From positions 90,001-122,000 of the forward strand of contig JAPLKZ010000013.1 in the NCBI GenBank assembly GCA_026387835.1: a stretch of DNA of 32,000 bases, read 5' to 3'. The stretch comes from Candidatus Saganbacteria bacterium (GTDB taxonomy: Bacteria > Margulisbacteria > WOR-1 > JAKLHX01). The notes under the pieces are model-generated. The model was not told the origin of the DNA, ran no database searches, and worked only from the letters and a program-made list of their open reading frames with translations. Position numbers and translations under genes: made by a program. Positions 18,482 to 27,949 of the stretch are shown one piece after another. The first letter of the stretch is position 1. Every line of letters begins with the position of its first letter.

Positions 18482-18513
18482 CTTGCGCCGAGCGAGTGAA
18501 GCGAGTCGAGGCG
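18482..18513. repeat. Dispersed hairpin element copy 3 (CTTGCGCCGAGCGAGTGAAGCGAGTCGAGGCG)
   Basis: Shares the CTTGCxCCGAGC...GTCGAGGxG arms with the elements at 318-345 and 10380-10406. It abuts the 5' end of tRNA-Thr(CGT). Confidence 0.65.
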
Positions 18514-18585
18514 CCGACGTAGCTCAGCTGGTAGAGCAGCTGTTTCGTAAACAGCAGGTCGTCAGTTCAATCCTGACCGTCGGCT
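18513..18585 (+). tRNA. tRNA-Thr(CGT)
   Basis: GCCGACG...CGTCGGC acceptor stem. Loop TTCGTAA with anticodon CGT. Confidence 0.94.
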
Positions 18586-18629
18586 TTAATAAGTTTTATG
18601 TTAGAATATGCTATCTGAAAGGAAGAAAT

Positions 18630-19004
18630 ATGTCAAAAAAAATACTTGTGATCGATGATGAAAATGATGTGGTGGAGATACTCAAGACGATCCTTGAGCA
18701 TGAAAAATATGAAGTGATAAGCAGTTACGGCGGTGAAGACGGGCTTAAAAAAGCGATAGCATCTAAGCCCGACCTCATAATCACGGACATAATGATGCCG
18801 GGGATGGACGGTTTCGAGTTCGTGCAAAAGCTTAAAGAGAACATGGAGACGTTCAATATCCCCGTGATCATGCTGACCGCAAAGGACCAGGGAGTTGACA
18901 GGGAAAAAGGCCTGGCGCTCGGCGTGATAGCTTACATAGTAAAACTGTTCGATCTTGAAGAGCTTATATCCACGGTAAAAGACGCAGTCGAAAAGAAAAA
19001 ATGA
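18630..19004 (+). CDS. Single-domain (CheY-like) response regulator
   Basis: KILVIDDENDVVEIL, PDLIITDIMMPGMDGFEF (phospho-acceptor Asp), IPVIMLTAKD and YIVKLFDLEEL. GAAAGGAAG ribosome-binding site upstream. Confidence 0.93.
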   Translation: MSKKILVIDDENDVVEILKTILEHEKYEVISSYGGEDGLKKAIASKPDLIITDIMMPGMDGFEFVQKLKENMETFNIPVIMLTAKDQGVDREKGLALGVIAYIVKLFDLEELISTVKDAVEKKK

Positions 19005-19016
19005 ATGAGCCGAAGC

Positions 19017-19089
19017 GCTGGCGTAGCTCAGCTGGTAGAGCAGCGGTTTTGTAAACCGCAGGTCGTCAGTTCAATCCTGACCGCCAGCT
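19017..19089 (+). tRNA. tRNA-Thr(TGT)
   Basis: GCTGGCG...CGCCAGC acceptor stem. Loop TTTGTAA with anticodon TGT. Followed by a T-run. Confidence 0.94.
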
Positions 19090-19126
19090 TTTTTAAAGTC
19101 CAAGCTTAATCCTTACAGTTAAGAAT

Positions 19127-19780
19127 ATGAAAATCCATACCATTATTGTCGGCCCGATACAAACGAACTGCTCTATCATATTTGATGAAGGTTCAAAAGA
19201 GGGCATCATAATAGATCCCGGAGAAGAAGCCGAAAAAATACTGTCTTTTGTCAACGGCAATTCACTGAAGATCACATCGATAATCGCGACCCACGGCCAT
19301 TTCGACCATGTGACAGCCGTGTCGGAACTGAAAGAAAAGCTAAAGGCACCTTTCTCTGTACATAAAAAAGATGCGTTTTTATTGTCGGAAGCGGTTGCTC
19401 CTTTCGCGGCGATGCTGGGTTTTAAGGCCGGACGGGCAAAGATCGACAGGCTTTTGAAGGACCATGACTTGATAGAGTTCAAAAATAACCAGTTCGAGGT
19501 CATACACACTCCGGGCCATACGCAGGGTTCGGTCTGTTTCTATAATAGAAAGGGAAACGTCCTTTTTTCAGGCGACACGCTTTTCAAGGGAGATGTCGGA
19601 AGGACGGACCTTCCCGGAGGGTCTACCCGCCAGATAACGCAGTCCGTAAAGAAAAGGCTTTTCGTGTTGCCTGATGAAACGTTTGTAATACCGGGGCACG
19701 GTCAGACAACAAATATCTTGAGCGAGAAGAACGATCCTTATTTAAAAGGGCTGATATACGGAGAGAACAGTGGGCAGTAA
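19127..19780 (+). CDS. MBL-fold metallo-hydrolase (glyoxalase II-like)
   Basis: Contains THGHFDHVTAV, HTPGHTQGSVCFY, LFSGDTLFKGDVGRTDLPGG and VIPGHGQTT. Confidence 0.92.
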   Translation: MKIHTIIVGPIQTNCSIIFDEGSKEGIIIDPGEEAEKILSFVNGNSLKITSIIATHGHFDHVTAVSELKEKLKAPFSVHKKDAFLLSEAVAPFAAMLGFKAGRAKIDRLLKDHDLIEFKNNQFEVIHTPGHTQGSVCFYNRKGNVLFSGDTLFKGDVGRTDLPGGSTRQITQSVKKRLFVLPDETFVIPGHGQTTNILSEKNDPYLKGLIYGENSGQ

Positions 19781-20726
19781 GAACATCTTCTTCTTTTACG
19801 GTGACGAAGATTATTTGATGGAAGAAGAGATCGACAGGCTGAAAAGCATGATGACAACAGAAACCGTCAACATAGCAGTGGAGCGCTTCACGCCGGACGA
19901 CTGTGATCCCATGAACCTTTTACAGGTCATATTTACTCCTTCGCTCTTTCAAAACGAACGTTTGATCGTGGTGTCGGGATACGGCGAAGAAGATTACCTG
20001 GAAATATTAAACGGCGCGGAAAACATCCCTTCGGGCATCATATTGGTCATCACAGAGAAAAAAACCGATAAAAGGACAAAGTTCTTCAAGGAAGTCCAGA
20101 AAAGAGCTGTAGTGAAAGAGTTCAAGGCTTTTGCGCAGTGGGAGACGGCAAAGATTATCTCCCGGATCATCTCAAGATCATCGGCTTCTAGCAAAAAGAT
20201 GGATGAAAAAACAGCTGCTTTGCTGAACGAGGTGTCAGGGCCTTCGCTCAGGCAGCTCGCTTCCGAGATCGAGAAACTCTCCACTTACGCCGGAGGAAGA
20301 GACAGTATAACTTCAGAGGACGTGAGGCGCCTCGCGGTATCGGGAGAGCTCGGGGCTTTTGCCGTAGAGAACGCGCTGGCTTCAAGAGATATCAAAGGCG
20401 CGTTAAGTGCTTTGACGGTCCTGATGAGGTCAAAAGAACGGGCCGAAGCGATACTGGGAAGGATCGCTTCAAGGATCAGGACCTATCTGATGATAAAAAG
20501 CCTGCAAAGCGCGGGAAGATCAAGGGACGAGATCATAAAGAGGATGGGGATGAACCCTTATTATTTTGAAAGATGCGAAGACGGCGCGTCGTCTTACTGC
20601 TTGGACGAACTTTGCGCGGCGGTCAACAAGCTGTCAAAAGCCGATCTCGACCTTAAGACCACAATGAAGCCCGCGGATGTCGTCATGCAGCTGCTGATCA
20701 CGGATATACTGGCAAAAGGGGACTGA
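19770..20726 (+). CDS. holA: DNA polymerase III delta subunit
   Basis: FFYGDEDYLMEEEIDRLK, NLLQVIFTPSLFQNERLIVV, LRQLASEIEKLSTYAG and LLADIDLDLKT-type region (LSKADLDLKTTMKPADVVMQLLI). GTG start overlapping the upstream gene. Confidence 0.85.
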   Translation: MGSKNIFFFYGDEDYLMEEEIDRLKSMMTTETVNIAVERFTPDDCDPMNLLQVIFTPSLFQNERLIVVSGYGEEDYLEILNGAENIPSGIILVITEKKTDKRTKFFKEVQKRAVVKEFKAFAQWETAKIISRIISRSSASSKKMDEKTAALLNEVSGPSLRQLASEIEKLSTYAGGRDSITSEDVRRLAVSGELGAFAVENALASRDIKGALSALTVLMRSKERAEAILGRIASRIRTYLMIKSLQSAGRSRDEIIKRMGMNPYYFERCEDGASSYCLDELCAAVNKLSKADLDLKTTMKPADVVMQLLITDILAKGD

Positions 20727-20730
20727 ACAC

Positions 20731-22419
20731 ATGGAAAACAAAAGGGCCGTATATCTATTAATGGCATTTATCTTCTTTTTTCTCTGCATCGCGGCAAAAC
20801 TGTCGTACCTGCAGTTGTTCAGGCACGCCGATTTTGAAGAAATGTCGCTTGATCAGCACATGAGGATAATCGAACTGTCACCGGACAGGGGGGATATCTG
20901 CGACAGGAACGGAAATATCCTGGCCACATCGGTCGACAGGTGGTCGGTCTATGTAAGGCCGAAAGCGATAAAGGACAAGGGCGCCATAATAAGGCAATTG
21001 TCGGAGATATTTCCCGAAGAAAAAGCTTTGATATCGGCAAAGATGAACGGGACGGCCAATTTCTGGCTTAAAAGAAAAGCCGATAAAATATTTTCAGATA
21101 AAGTCCGGGCTTTAGGATGCACGGGGATAGACATAACGATGGAAAAGAAAAGGATCTATCCCAAAGGGAAGCTTGCCTCGCAGCTTATAGGGTTTGCCGG
21201 GCTCGACAATCAGGGATTATCCGGGATAGAGATAGGATTTGAAGACAGTCTGAAGGGAAAAGCGGGCAGGCTGCTTTTTGAAAAAGATATGGCGGGAAGG
21301 CAGATCGCTACCGGTAGTTTCAGACAGCTTGAGATGCCGGAAGAAGGCATGAACGTCTATCTCACGATCGATGAAGCGATCCAGCACATCGCGCAGGTGT
21401 CATTGAAAGAAGCCGTAACGGGCAGCGGGGCTGTTTCCGGTTCGATCATTGTTGTCGATGTCAGGACCGGGGAAATACTGGCGATAGCCGGTTATCCGGA
21501 TTTTGACCCGAACGATTATTCAAAATATCCGGACGAGAGCAGAAAACTGCCTCCCGTGACGAATATCTATGAACCGGGCTCTACTTTCAAGATAATAACG
21601 GCCTGCGCCGGAATAGAAGAAAATGTCGTAAGTCCGGATTCTGTCATCCCGACGCCGGCGCAGATAAAAGTCGAGGGAATAAAAGTGAACAATTCCCATC
21701 CCGTAAGATATTACGGAAAAAAATCCAAGACTTTTGCTGACGTGATCGCCGAATCCATCAACACCGGTACTTCATATGTCGGACTAAAGCTGGGGTTTGG
21801 CAGGTTCTATAAATACATAACCGCTTTTGGCTTCGGTACAAAGACCGGGATAGATTATCCCGGTGAAGTGAGAGGTTTTGTCAGATCACCGGAAAACCGG
21901 GAAAGCGGGGATGTCGTCACATACACTTTCGGGCAATCGATCGCCGTCACGCCTATCCAGCTCGTCTATGCTATCGCCGCGATAGCCAATGATGGTATCA
22001 GGGTAAAGCCAAAGATAATAAAGAGGATCGAAAGTCCCGATAAGAACGTGATCCGCTCGGACGTCCCGGAGGAATTAGGCAGGGTCATCTCAAAAGAGAC
22101 CGTAAAAAAAGTAAATGAACTTATGAAAGGCGTCGTTTACATGGACCACGGGACAGGGCACAAGGCAAAGATGGCGCAGTTTACGGTCGCCGCAAAGAGC
22201 GGCACCGCACAAATATCCGTCCCCGGGAAAGGATATCTCAAGGGCCGGTTCGTAGCTTCTTTCGTGGGATTCATCCCTGCGGACAGACCGAGGATCGCGA
22301 TGCTGATAATAATAAACAAGCCGAGCACGTCGAACTGGGGGGCGGTCGTCGCGGCGCCGGTATTTAAAGAAGTCGGAGAATTTGCCCTGAGATATTTGAA
22401 CGTAGCTCCTGACCTGTGA
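20731..22419 (+). CDS. ftsI: Penicillin-binding protein, FtsI/PBP2-type transpeptidase
   Basis: N-terminal TM, RGDICDRNGNILA, YEPGSTFKI (SxxK), SxN-like SINTGTSYVG and KSGTAQ (KTG-like). Confidence 0.88.
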   Translation: MENKRAVYLLMAFIFFFLCIAAKLSYLQLFRHADFEEMSLDQHMRIIELSPDRGDICDRNGNILATSVDRWSVYVRPKAIKDKGAIIRQLSEIFPEEKALISAKMNGTANFWLKRKADKIFSDKVRALGCTGIDITMEKKRIYPKGKLASQLIGFAGLDNQGLSGIEIGFEDSLKGKAGRLLFEKDMAGRQIATGSFRQLEMPEEGMNVYLTIDEAIQHIAQVSLKEAVTGSGAVSGSIIVVDVRTGEILAIAGYPDFDPNDYSKYPDESRKLPPVTNIYEPGSTFKIITACAGIEENVVSPDSVIPTPAQIKVEGIKVNNSHPVRYYGKKSKTFADVIAESINTGTSYVGLKLGFGRFYKYITAFGFGTKTGIDYPGEVRGFVRSPENRESGDVVTYTFGQSIAVTPIQLVYAIAAIANDGIRVKPKIIKRIESPDKNVIRSDVPEELGRVISKETVKKVNELMKGVVYMDHGTGHKAKMAQFTVAAKSGTAQISVPGKGYLKGRFVASFVGFIPADRPRIAMLIIINKPSTSNWGAVVAAPVFKEVGEFALRYLNVAPDL

Positions 22420-22436
22420 TATACTTTATTTGAAAA

Positions 22437-23414
22437 ATGTCCAGAATTTTATCGGGAATACAGCCTTCCGGAAAGCTCCATCTCGGGAACCTGATAGGAG
22501 CGCTTTCAAACTGGGTCAAACTTCAGCATGAGCACGAATCTTTTTTTGAGATAGCCGATCTCCACGCTCTGACGACCGGATATCTCGATATCTCGGAACT
22601 GAAGGACAATATAAAAGAGCTTGCGATCGACATGGTTTCTGCTGGACTTGACCCCAATGTCTGTTCAATATTCATCCAGTCAGAGATCCCGGAGCACAGC
22701 GAGCTCCATCTGCTCTTCTCGATGATAACTCCTATTTCCTGGCTTGAAAGGGTCCCGACGTATAAGAGCAAGATAGAGGAATTAAAAGGTGTTGACCTCG
22801 GAACGTACGGATTTTTGGGATATCCCGTGCTTCAGGCGGCGGACATCCTAATATATAAAGCCGACCTTGTACCTGTCGGCCAGGACCAGCTTCCTCATCT
22901 CGAGCTGACAAGGGAGATCGCAAGAAGGTTCAACAATCTTTACGGGAATGTTTTCCCTGAGCCGAAGGAACAGATGACGAATGTTCCTGTTATGCCCGGA
23001 CTTGACGGACTGAAAATGAGCAAAAGTTACGGGAACACGATAGCTATCTCCGACCCTCCTGAAACGATAAGGCGGAAAGTCAGCACGATGATAACAGATC
23101 CCGCCAGGATCAAAAAGGACGATCCGGGGCACCCGGAAGTCTGCGCGGTTTTTTCTTATCACAAGATCTATTCTCTGCCTGATGCGGCGTCGATCGCTTC
23201 ATCGTGCAAAAAAGGTTCGATAGGCTGCGTAGAATGCAAAAAGGCGCTCGCGGAGAAGATAATCAGCTCGCTGTCGCAGATACATAAAAAAAGAAAAGAA
23301 CTTGAATCCGACCCGAAAAAAATAGATGCTATCCTTGAAAAAGGACGCTTAAAAGCTTCAAAGGTCGCCAAGGCGACACTGGACGAGGCAAAACACGCGA
23401 TGGGGCTTAAGTGA
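22437..23414 (+). CDS. trpS: Tryptophanyl-tRNA synthetase
   Basis: LSGIQPSGKLHLGNLIGA (HIGH-like), GYPVLQAADILIYKADLVPVGQDQLPHLELTREIARRFN and LKMSKSYGNTI. Confidence 0.97.
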   Translation: MSRILSGIQPSGKLHLGNLIGALSNWVKLQHEHESFFEIADLHALTTGYLDISELKDNIKELAIDMVSAGLDPNVCSIFIQSEIPEHSELHLLFSMITPISWLERVPTYKSKIEELKGVDLGTYGFLGYPVLQAADILIYKADLVPVGQDQLPHLELTREIARRFNNLYGNVFPEPKEQMTNVPVMPGLDGLKMSKSYGNTIAISDPPETIRRKVSTMITDPARIKKDDPGHPEVCAVFSYHKIYSLPDAASIASSCKKGSIGCVECKKALAEKIISSLSQIHKKRKELESDPKKIDAILEKGRLKASKVAKATLDEAKHAMGLK

Positions 23415-24241
23415 TGGAAAACATAGATATCCAAAATATCCCTCCGGGGTTACAGACGGTCAAAATGCCGGATATCACAACGATACCGTCAGATATGCTT
23501 GAAGCGCATGAAGGCACCGGCGCTTTTACCGTGACGCTTCCGATCTTTGAAGGGCATTTTGACGCCCTTCTTGACATGTTAGAAAAAAAGAAGATGGATA
23601 TCTGCGATATCAGCCTGACCGATATCACGCGCCAGTACCTGGAATACCTTTCCCTGGCGCAGTCCCTCAACCTGTCTTTTGCTTCGGAGTTCCTGGTCAT
23701 TGCCGCATATCTGTTGGAACAAAAATCGAGGGCCGTGCTGCCGAAAGAGGAAGAAGAGCAGGAAGAAGAGGAAAAGATCGGGACATCTCTGGTGGACCAT
23801 CTGATGCAGTACAGGGTGTTCAAGAGCATCTCGCAATCGTTGAAAGAGAAAAAAGAACTGTTCTCCAGGATATTCCACCGTTCCAAGGGAGAGCAGGGTC
23901 CTTCGGGCGAGAGGAATTACGTTTTGAGGGACCTCGGAGTGGAAGACCTGGTCAGCGCTTTCAGGAAGATCTGGCTTGAAGTCAGGGAACGCGGCGAAGA
24001 ATTCGAAATAGCGGATGATGTGATGACCGTCGGTGACAAGATAAAGGAGATAACCGGACTTCTTTCGGCTGCGACAGAAGGGGTTGTCTTTGAAGCGCTG
24101 TTCAGGACAAAGACAAGGCTTGAAGTGATAATAACGTTCCTGGCGCTGCTTGAGATGATAAGATCAAAGGCCGTTATCATAAAGCAGGAAAAGATGTTCG
24201 GGCAGATAATGATAATACCGGCGGGAGTGGAGTCTTTATGA
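23411..24241 (+). CDS. scpA: Segregation and condensation protein A
   Basis: FEGHFDALLDMLEKKKMDICDISLTDITRQYLEYL, FLVIAAYLLEQKSRAVLP and a C-terminal winged-helix region. Confidence 0.93.
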   Translation: MMENIDIQNIPPGLQTVKMPDITTIPSDMLEAHEGTGAFTVTLPIFEGHFDALLDMLEKKKMDICDISLTDITRQYLEYLSLAQSLNLSFASEFLVIAAYLLEQKSRAVLPKEEEEQEEEEKIGTSLVDHLMQYRVFKSISQSLKEKKELFSRIFHRSKGEQGPSGERNYVLRDLGVEDLVSAFRKIWLEVRERGEEFEIADDVMTVGDKIKEITGLLSAATEGVVFEALFRTKTRLEVIITFLALLEMIRSKAVIIKQEKMFGQIMIIPAGVESL

Positions 24242-24798
24242 GCGGCGTAAACAGCCGGACAAAGGATATAATCGAATCCCTTCTGTTCATATCCAAAAGA
24301 CCGCTTTCCGCCGATGAGATGGACGAGATCTGCGGTCTCGGCAAAGAAGAGATAGAAAAAAACCTGGGCGAATTGACGGAGGAATACGCCTCAAGGGGCC
24401 TGCAGATAATAAAACTGGCGCACGGATATGTGCTTGCGACAAGACCAGAGTACAGCAGCTTCATCGAAAAATATCTTAACAGCCCTCTTTCGATAAGCCT
24501 GTCCCCCCAGGCGATCGAGGCGCTTTCGATAATCGCCTACAAGCAGCCGGTCACAAAGCTCGAGGTGGAAAATATCAGGGGTGTCATGTGTGACGCGGTG
24601 ATAAACACCCTGCTTGAAAAACGCCTGATAAAAGAAGCGGGAAGATCTGACCAGGTCGGGAGACCCATCCTTTACGTGACGACGATAGAGTTCCTGAAGC
24701 ATTTCGGGCTTCACGACCTCGGCGAGCTCCCGAAGGTCGATCTTGAAGAGATCGCGGCACAGACGCATATCATGTCCGACGCGCAGCCCGGACTTTAA
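24238..24798 (+). CDS. scpB: Segregation and condensation protein B
   Basis: IESLLFISKRPLSADEM, YKQPVTKLEVENIRGV and GRPILYVTTIEFLKHFGLHDLGELPKV. Overlaps scpA by 4 nt. Confidence 0.95.
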   Translation: MSGVNSRTKDIIESLLFISKRPLSADEMDEICGLGKEEIEKNLGELTEEYASRGLQIIKLAHGYVLATRPEYSSFIEKYLNSPLSISLSPQAIEALSIIAYKQPVTKLEVENIRGVMCDAVINTLLEKRLIKEAGRSDQVGRPILYVTTIEFLKHFGLHDLGELPKVDLEEIAAQTHIMSDAQPGL

Positions 24799-24815
24799 GC
24801 AGGACGGTAACGTAA

Positions 24816-25508
24816 ATGAAAGAAGAAAAAAACCGTATCGGCAGGGTATTAAAGAGCGCAAGGCTTGAAAAAGGCATCACGCTGGAAAAAGCCTCAAAGG
24901 ACACCAAGATAACCCAGAAATATCTGAAGTCGATCGAAGATGAACAGTTCTTGAATATTCCCGGAGAGGTGGTGCTGAAAGGTTTCCTGAGGATCTATGC
25001 GGATTACCTTAAGATAGATCCGGGCCCGTTGATAAGCGAGCTTTCGAAAAAGATCAAGAAAGAACCGAAGGCTGAGATAAAAGATCAGCCCGTACAAAAA
25101 AAAGCCGATATTATTCCTCTTCTGAAAAACGCCATGATAGTGCTGTCGGCGGTTGCCGCGGCAGTGGTCATTATAATGGTGCTGAGGTCTCTTATACTGG
25201 TATCGGTAAGAACAGCGGATATCCGGCCTGCAGATAAAACGGGGACTTCGGATATTTCAAAAAAGATCTCCGGTTCCGTGGAGATCGAAGCCCGGATAAT
25301 CGAAAAAACATGGATAATGGTCCTGTCAGACGGGAAAATGGTATTCAAGGATGTCGTCTTAAAAGGGCAGTCATTTTCGTGGAAAGCCAAGGATAGACTG
25401 CTGATAAAAATAGGCAATGCCGCAGGTGTTCACTTGTCGTCAAAAGGGAAAGTCGTCTTAGCGCCCGGGCCGAGGGGAAGCGTCATCACAAAAGAGTTCT
25501 CAAGATGA
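24816..25508 (+). CDS. RodZ-like helix-turn-helix membrane protein
   Basis: GRVLKSARLEKGITLEKASKDTKITQKYLKSIEDEQF HTH_25-type domain, then a central TM segment and a C-terminal DUF4115-like region. Confidence 0.85.
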   Translation: MKEEKNRIGRVLKSARLEKGITLEKASKDTKITQKYLKSIEDEQFLNIPGEVVLKGFLRIYADYLKIDPGPLISELSKKIKKEPKAEIKDQPVQKKADIIPLLKNAMIVLSAVAAAVVIIMVLRSLILVSVRTADIRPADKTGTSDISKKISGSVEIEARIIEKTWIMVLSDGKMVFKDVVLKGQSFSWKAKDRLLIKIGNAAGVHLSSKGKVVLAPGPRGSVITKEFSR

Positions 25509-26263
25509 GTATTTCAAGCGGTTATATTTCTTCGATATTCCAGAGCATACAGGGAGAAGGCGTCTATATCGGTGAAAGGCAGGTCTTTGTAAGGTTCTTA
25601 GGATGCAATCTATCATGCGCGTATTGCGATGAACAGGAAGCCCGGATCATAAATGACAAGGACGGCCGGCCGCGGAAATGCCAGATCAAAGCGGATAAAA
25701 AAACGGAACAAGCCGATAATCCCGTAACAGCGGACGCAGCGCTGCAGTTCATTGAAAATTTTCTTTCAAAAAAAAATCTCTTCCATTCGGTATGTCTTAC
25801 CGGAGGAGAACCCCTGCTGCAGGTTGATTTTCTAAAAGATCTTCTGCCTAAAATAAAGCACAAAAAATATCTTGAGACGAACGGCGTCCTTTTTGAGAAC
25901 CTCAGAGAGATGATCGGTCTTACGGACATTATAGCGATGGATTTCAAGCTGCCTTCCGCAACCAGGGCGGGGTCATATTTCGAGGACCACAGGCGGTTCA
26001 TCAGAGTAGCCAGGGCAAAGGAACTGTTCATCAAGGCGGTTTTTTCAAAAGAGACCACGGCCAAGGAGATCGACGATATCTCGCGCGTGATCTCAGAAGA
26101 AGGCAGTGATATTCCTCTCGTGCTGCAGCCTGTAACACCGAGCAGGGATTACAGGTCCCCGGCCTCAGCTGAACAGTGCCTGGCGTTCCAGGCCATAGCA
26201 AAAAGGAATTTGGACAAAGTACTCGTCATCCCGCAGACGCACAAGATCCTTGGACTTGATTAG
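25505..26263 (+). CDS. queE: 7-carboxy-7-deazaguanine synthase
   Basis: IFQSIQGEGVYIGERQVFVRFLGCNLSCAYCDE (CxxxCxxC radical SAM) and VCLTGGEPLLQVDFL. Confidence 0.9.
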   Translation: MSISSGYISSIFQSIQGEGVYIGERQVFVRFLGCNLSCAYCDEQEARIINDKDGRPRKCQIKADKKTEQADNPVTADAALQFIENFLSKKNLFHSVCLTGGEPLLQVDFLKDLLPKIKHKKYLETNGVLFENLREMIGLTDIIAMDFKLPSATRAGSYFEDHRRFIRVARAKELFIKAVFSKETTAKEIDDISRVISEEGSDIPLVLQPVTPSRDYRSPASAEQCLAFQAIAKRNLDKVLVIPQTHKILGLD

Positions 26264-27675
26264 CGGGCAGTCCTTCTGCTCAGAGACGCGGTTATCGCCG
26301 AAAGGTGCTGAATGTCACGGTTCCTGTTGGGATCAAAGCTGATCTTCTGGAGAGATCTCAGCAGTTCAAGCTTGTATATCGCGGTATCAAGAGCCAGTTT
26401 CTCAAGCCCCGTCTCGATCCATTTTATCCCTTCTTTAGGTATATCGTAGCCCAGCGTGTTGGATTTTTTAGTTAGTCTTGATATTTCTTTTGAGGCGACA
26501 TCGAATTCGCGGGACGAGGTCGTAAGGATCCTGTTAAGATGGGACTGTTTGAGCATCGATATTATCTTAAGCCAGGCTATGCGGCGCGACTGCGTCCTGA
26601 TGTTGTCGATATTTTCTTTTTCCATTCCCCTGTCCTTCAGGGTGTTTTCGAGCCTCCGGACCGTTACTCTTTCAGGAACCGCTTTAAAAATGTTGTCTTC
26701 GAGGAAAAGTTTTGTATGAGAAGTGCGGAGGTCGCCGACAACTACTGAGATGTCTTTCATCTGCGGCAGGTCGAAAAGATGAAAATACATATCGGCATTT
26801 TCCAGCCGGTTGATATGCACATTATCGCCCAGGAACATTTTCATCATCGAATCGATGTCAAGATTGAGATGTTCCGCGAGCTGGGCGAGGTCCGAGATAT
26901 CAAGATTGTTCAGGATGACGGCCCTTTCGCTGAGCGAGATCGACTCTTTTTCGAGCGCGTTCAGGATATCGATGATAGATCTCGGATTTTTGGCATTGAT
27001 TATCCAGTCTGACATGTGCAGGGTGCCGCTTGCGGAGCTGAAAAATTTATCTTTGATCAGTTTAAGGAATCTTTCTTTGATCATATCGAGGGTCTTTTGG
27101 TCGAGGTATTCCAGGTCGATCCCGATCAATCCGCCTTTCATAAGCGCTTCTTTCACGGCTGCCAGGCGGATCGTAACATTGTCCAGCTCGTCCTTAGGCC
27201 GCTGCATTACCATCTTTGCGGTAAGCGCCACATAATCTTTAAGAAGGGTCTCCTCGATGATCTTCGCTTTTTCCGTAAAGCTGATGTATTCCGCCGCGGC
27301 GGAAAGGCCTCCCGTTTCTCCGGGTGCTTTCGTTTCGCTCTCCTCCTCTTTTTTCTCCCCTTCCTTTTTCGGCCTTTTTTTCTCGGCCTTCTTGACCACG
27401 GAATCAAGCCTGCGCTCCGAGATCTTTGCTAATTCCTGTTGGTAAAACATTTCTTCTTCATGGGGTTTTCTCTGGCGTTTTGAGTTCACCTCGGAGACGC
27501 CGTCCGAAGAGATCATCTCTATCAGCAGGTCTTTGAATTTGGCCTTCGGATCGTTGTCCGGAGGCACCGCGTTCGGTTCGGTCCTCGCTTTCCTGTCAAA
27601 TCCCGTGGAAAGTATACCGCCTGTCCCCGCGGCCGCGGCCTGCTGGTTGGAAGAAGGAAGCCCCTCTATTGGCAT
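26260..27675 (-). CDS. Hypothetical protein (471 aa), mostly helical and charged
   Basis: Long uninterrupted ORF convergent with queE (4-bp overlap). Internal Lys/Glu-rich linker. No recognised family. Confidence 0.75.
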   Translation of the reverse strand: MPIEGLPSSNQQAAAAGTGGILSTGFDRKARTEPNAVPPDNDPKAKFKDLLIEMISSDGVSEVNSKRQRKPHEEEMFYQQELAKISERRLDSVVKKAEKKRPKKEGEKKEEESETKAPGETGGLSAAAEYISFTEKAKIIEETLLKDYVALTAKMVMQRPKDELDNVTIRLAAVKEALMKGGLIGIDLEYLDQKTLDMIKERFLKLIKDKFFSSASGTLHMSDWIINAKNPRSIIDILNALEKESISLSERAVILNNLDISDLAQLAEHLNLDIDSMMKMFLGDNVHINRLENADMYFHLFDLPQMKDISVVVGDLRTSHTKLFLEDNIFKAVPERVTVRRLENTLKDRGMEKENIDNIRTQSRRIAWLKIISMLKQSHLNRILTTSSREFDVASKEISRLTKKSNTLGYDIPKEGIKWIETGLEKLALDTAIYKLELLRSLQKISFDPNRNRDIQHLSAITASLSRRTAR

Positions 27676-27760
27676 AAAAGATCCCCGTTTCGAAAATTAT
27701 ACACCATCAGGTGGAAATAGGGTATAGGGCGAAGAAATGACTAATTAATGGATTATATAA

Positions 27761-27812
27761 GCAGCAAGCAGTCAGCCCGCCTGCAACGCTTTGCGTAGCA
27801 ATGCGGGCAGGC
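27761..27812. repeat. Repeat element A: GCAGCAAGCAGTC plus adjacent hairpin-rich sequence
   Basis: 13-mer GCAGCAAGCAGTC (27761-27773), then GCCCGC...GCGGGC and ACGC-TTT-GCGT inverted repeats. Confidence 0.7.
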
Positions 27813-27949
27813 AGAACGCGGTACGTGCCGAGAGCATGTCAAGCATCCAAACATTATACCCCCCCCTCCCCACATAATAAAATTCAGTGAAATTCCCAAT
27901 ATTTCCATTCGATACATATATAGATGAAAATACCGAAAGGAGAAAAGTG

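Noticed and set aside
27811-27835. AGAACGCGGTACGTGCC resembles the end of the target VR (CAATGCGGTCCGTC) and was considered as a template repeat fragment
   Set aside because: The similarity is only about a dozen bases, mismatches are not confined to adenines, and flanking bases do not align.
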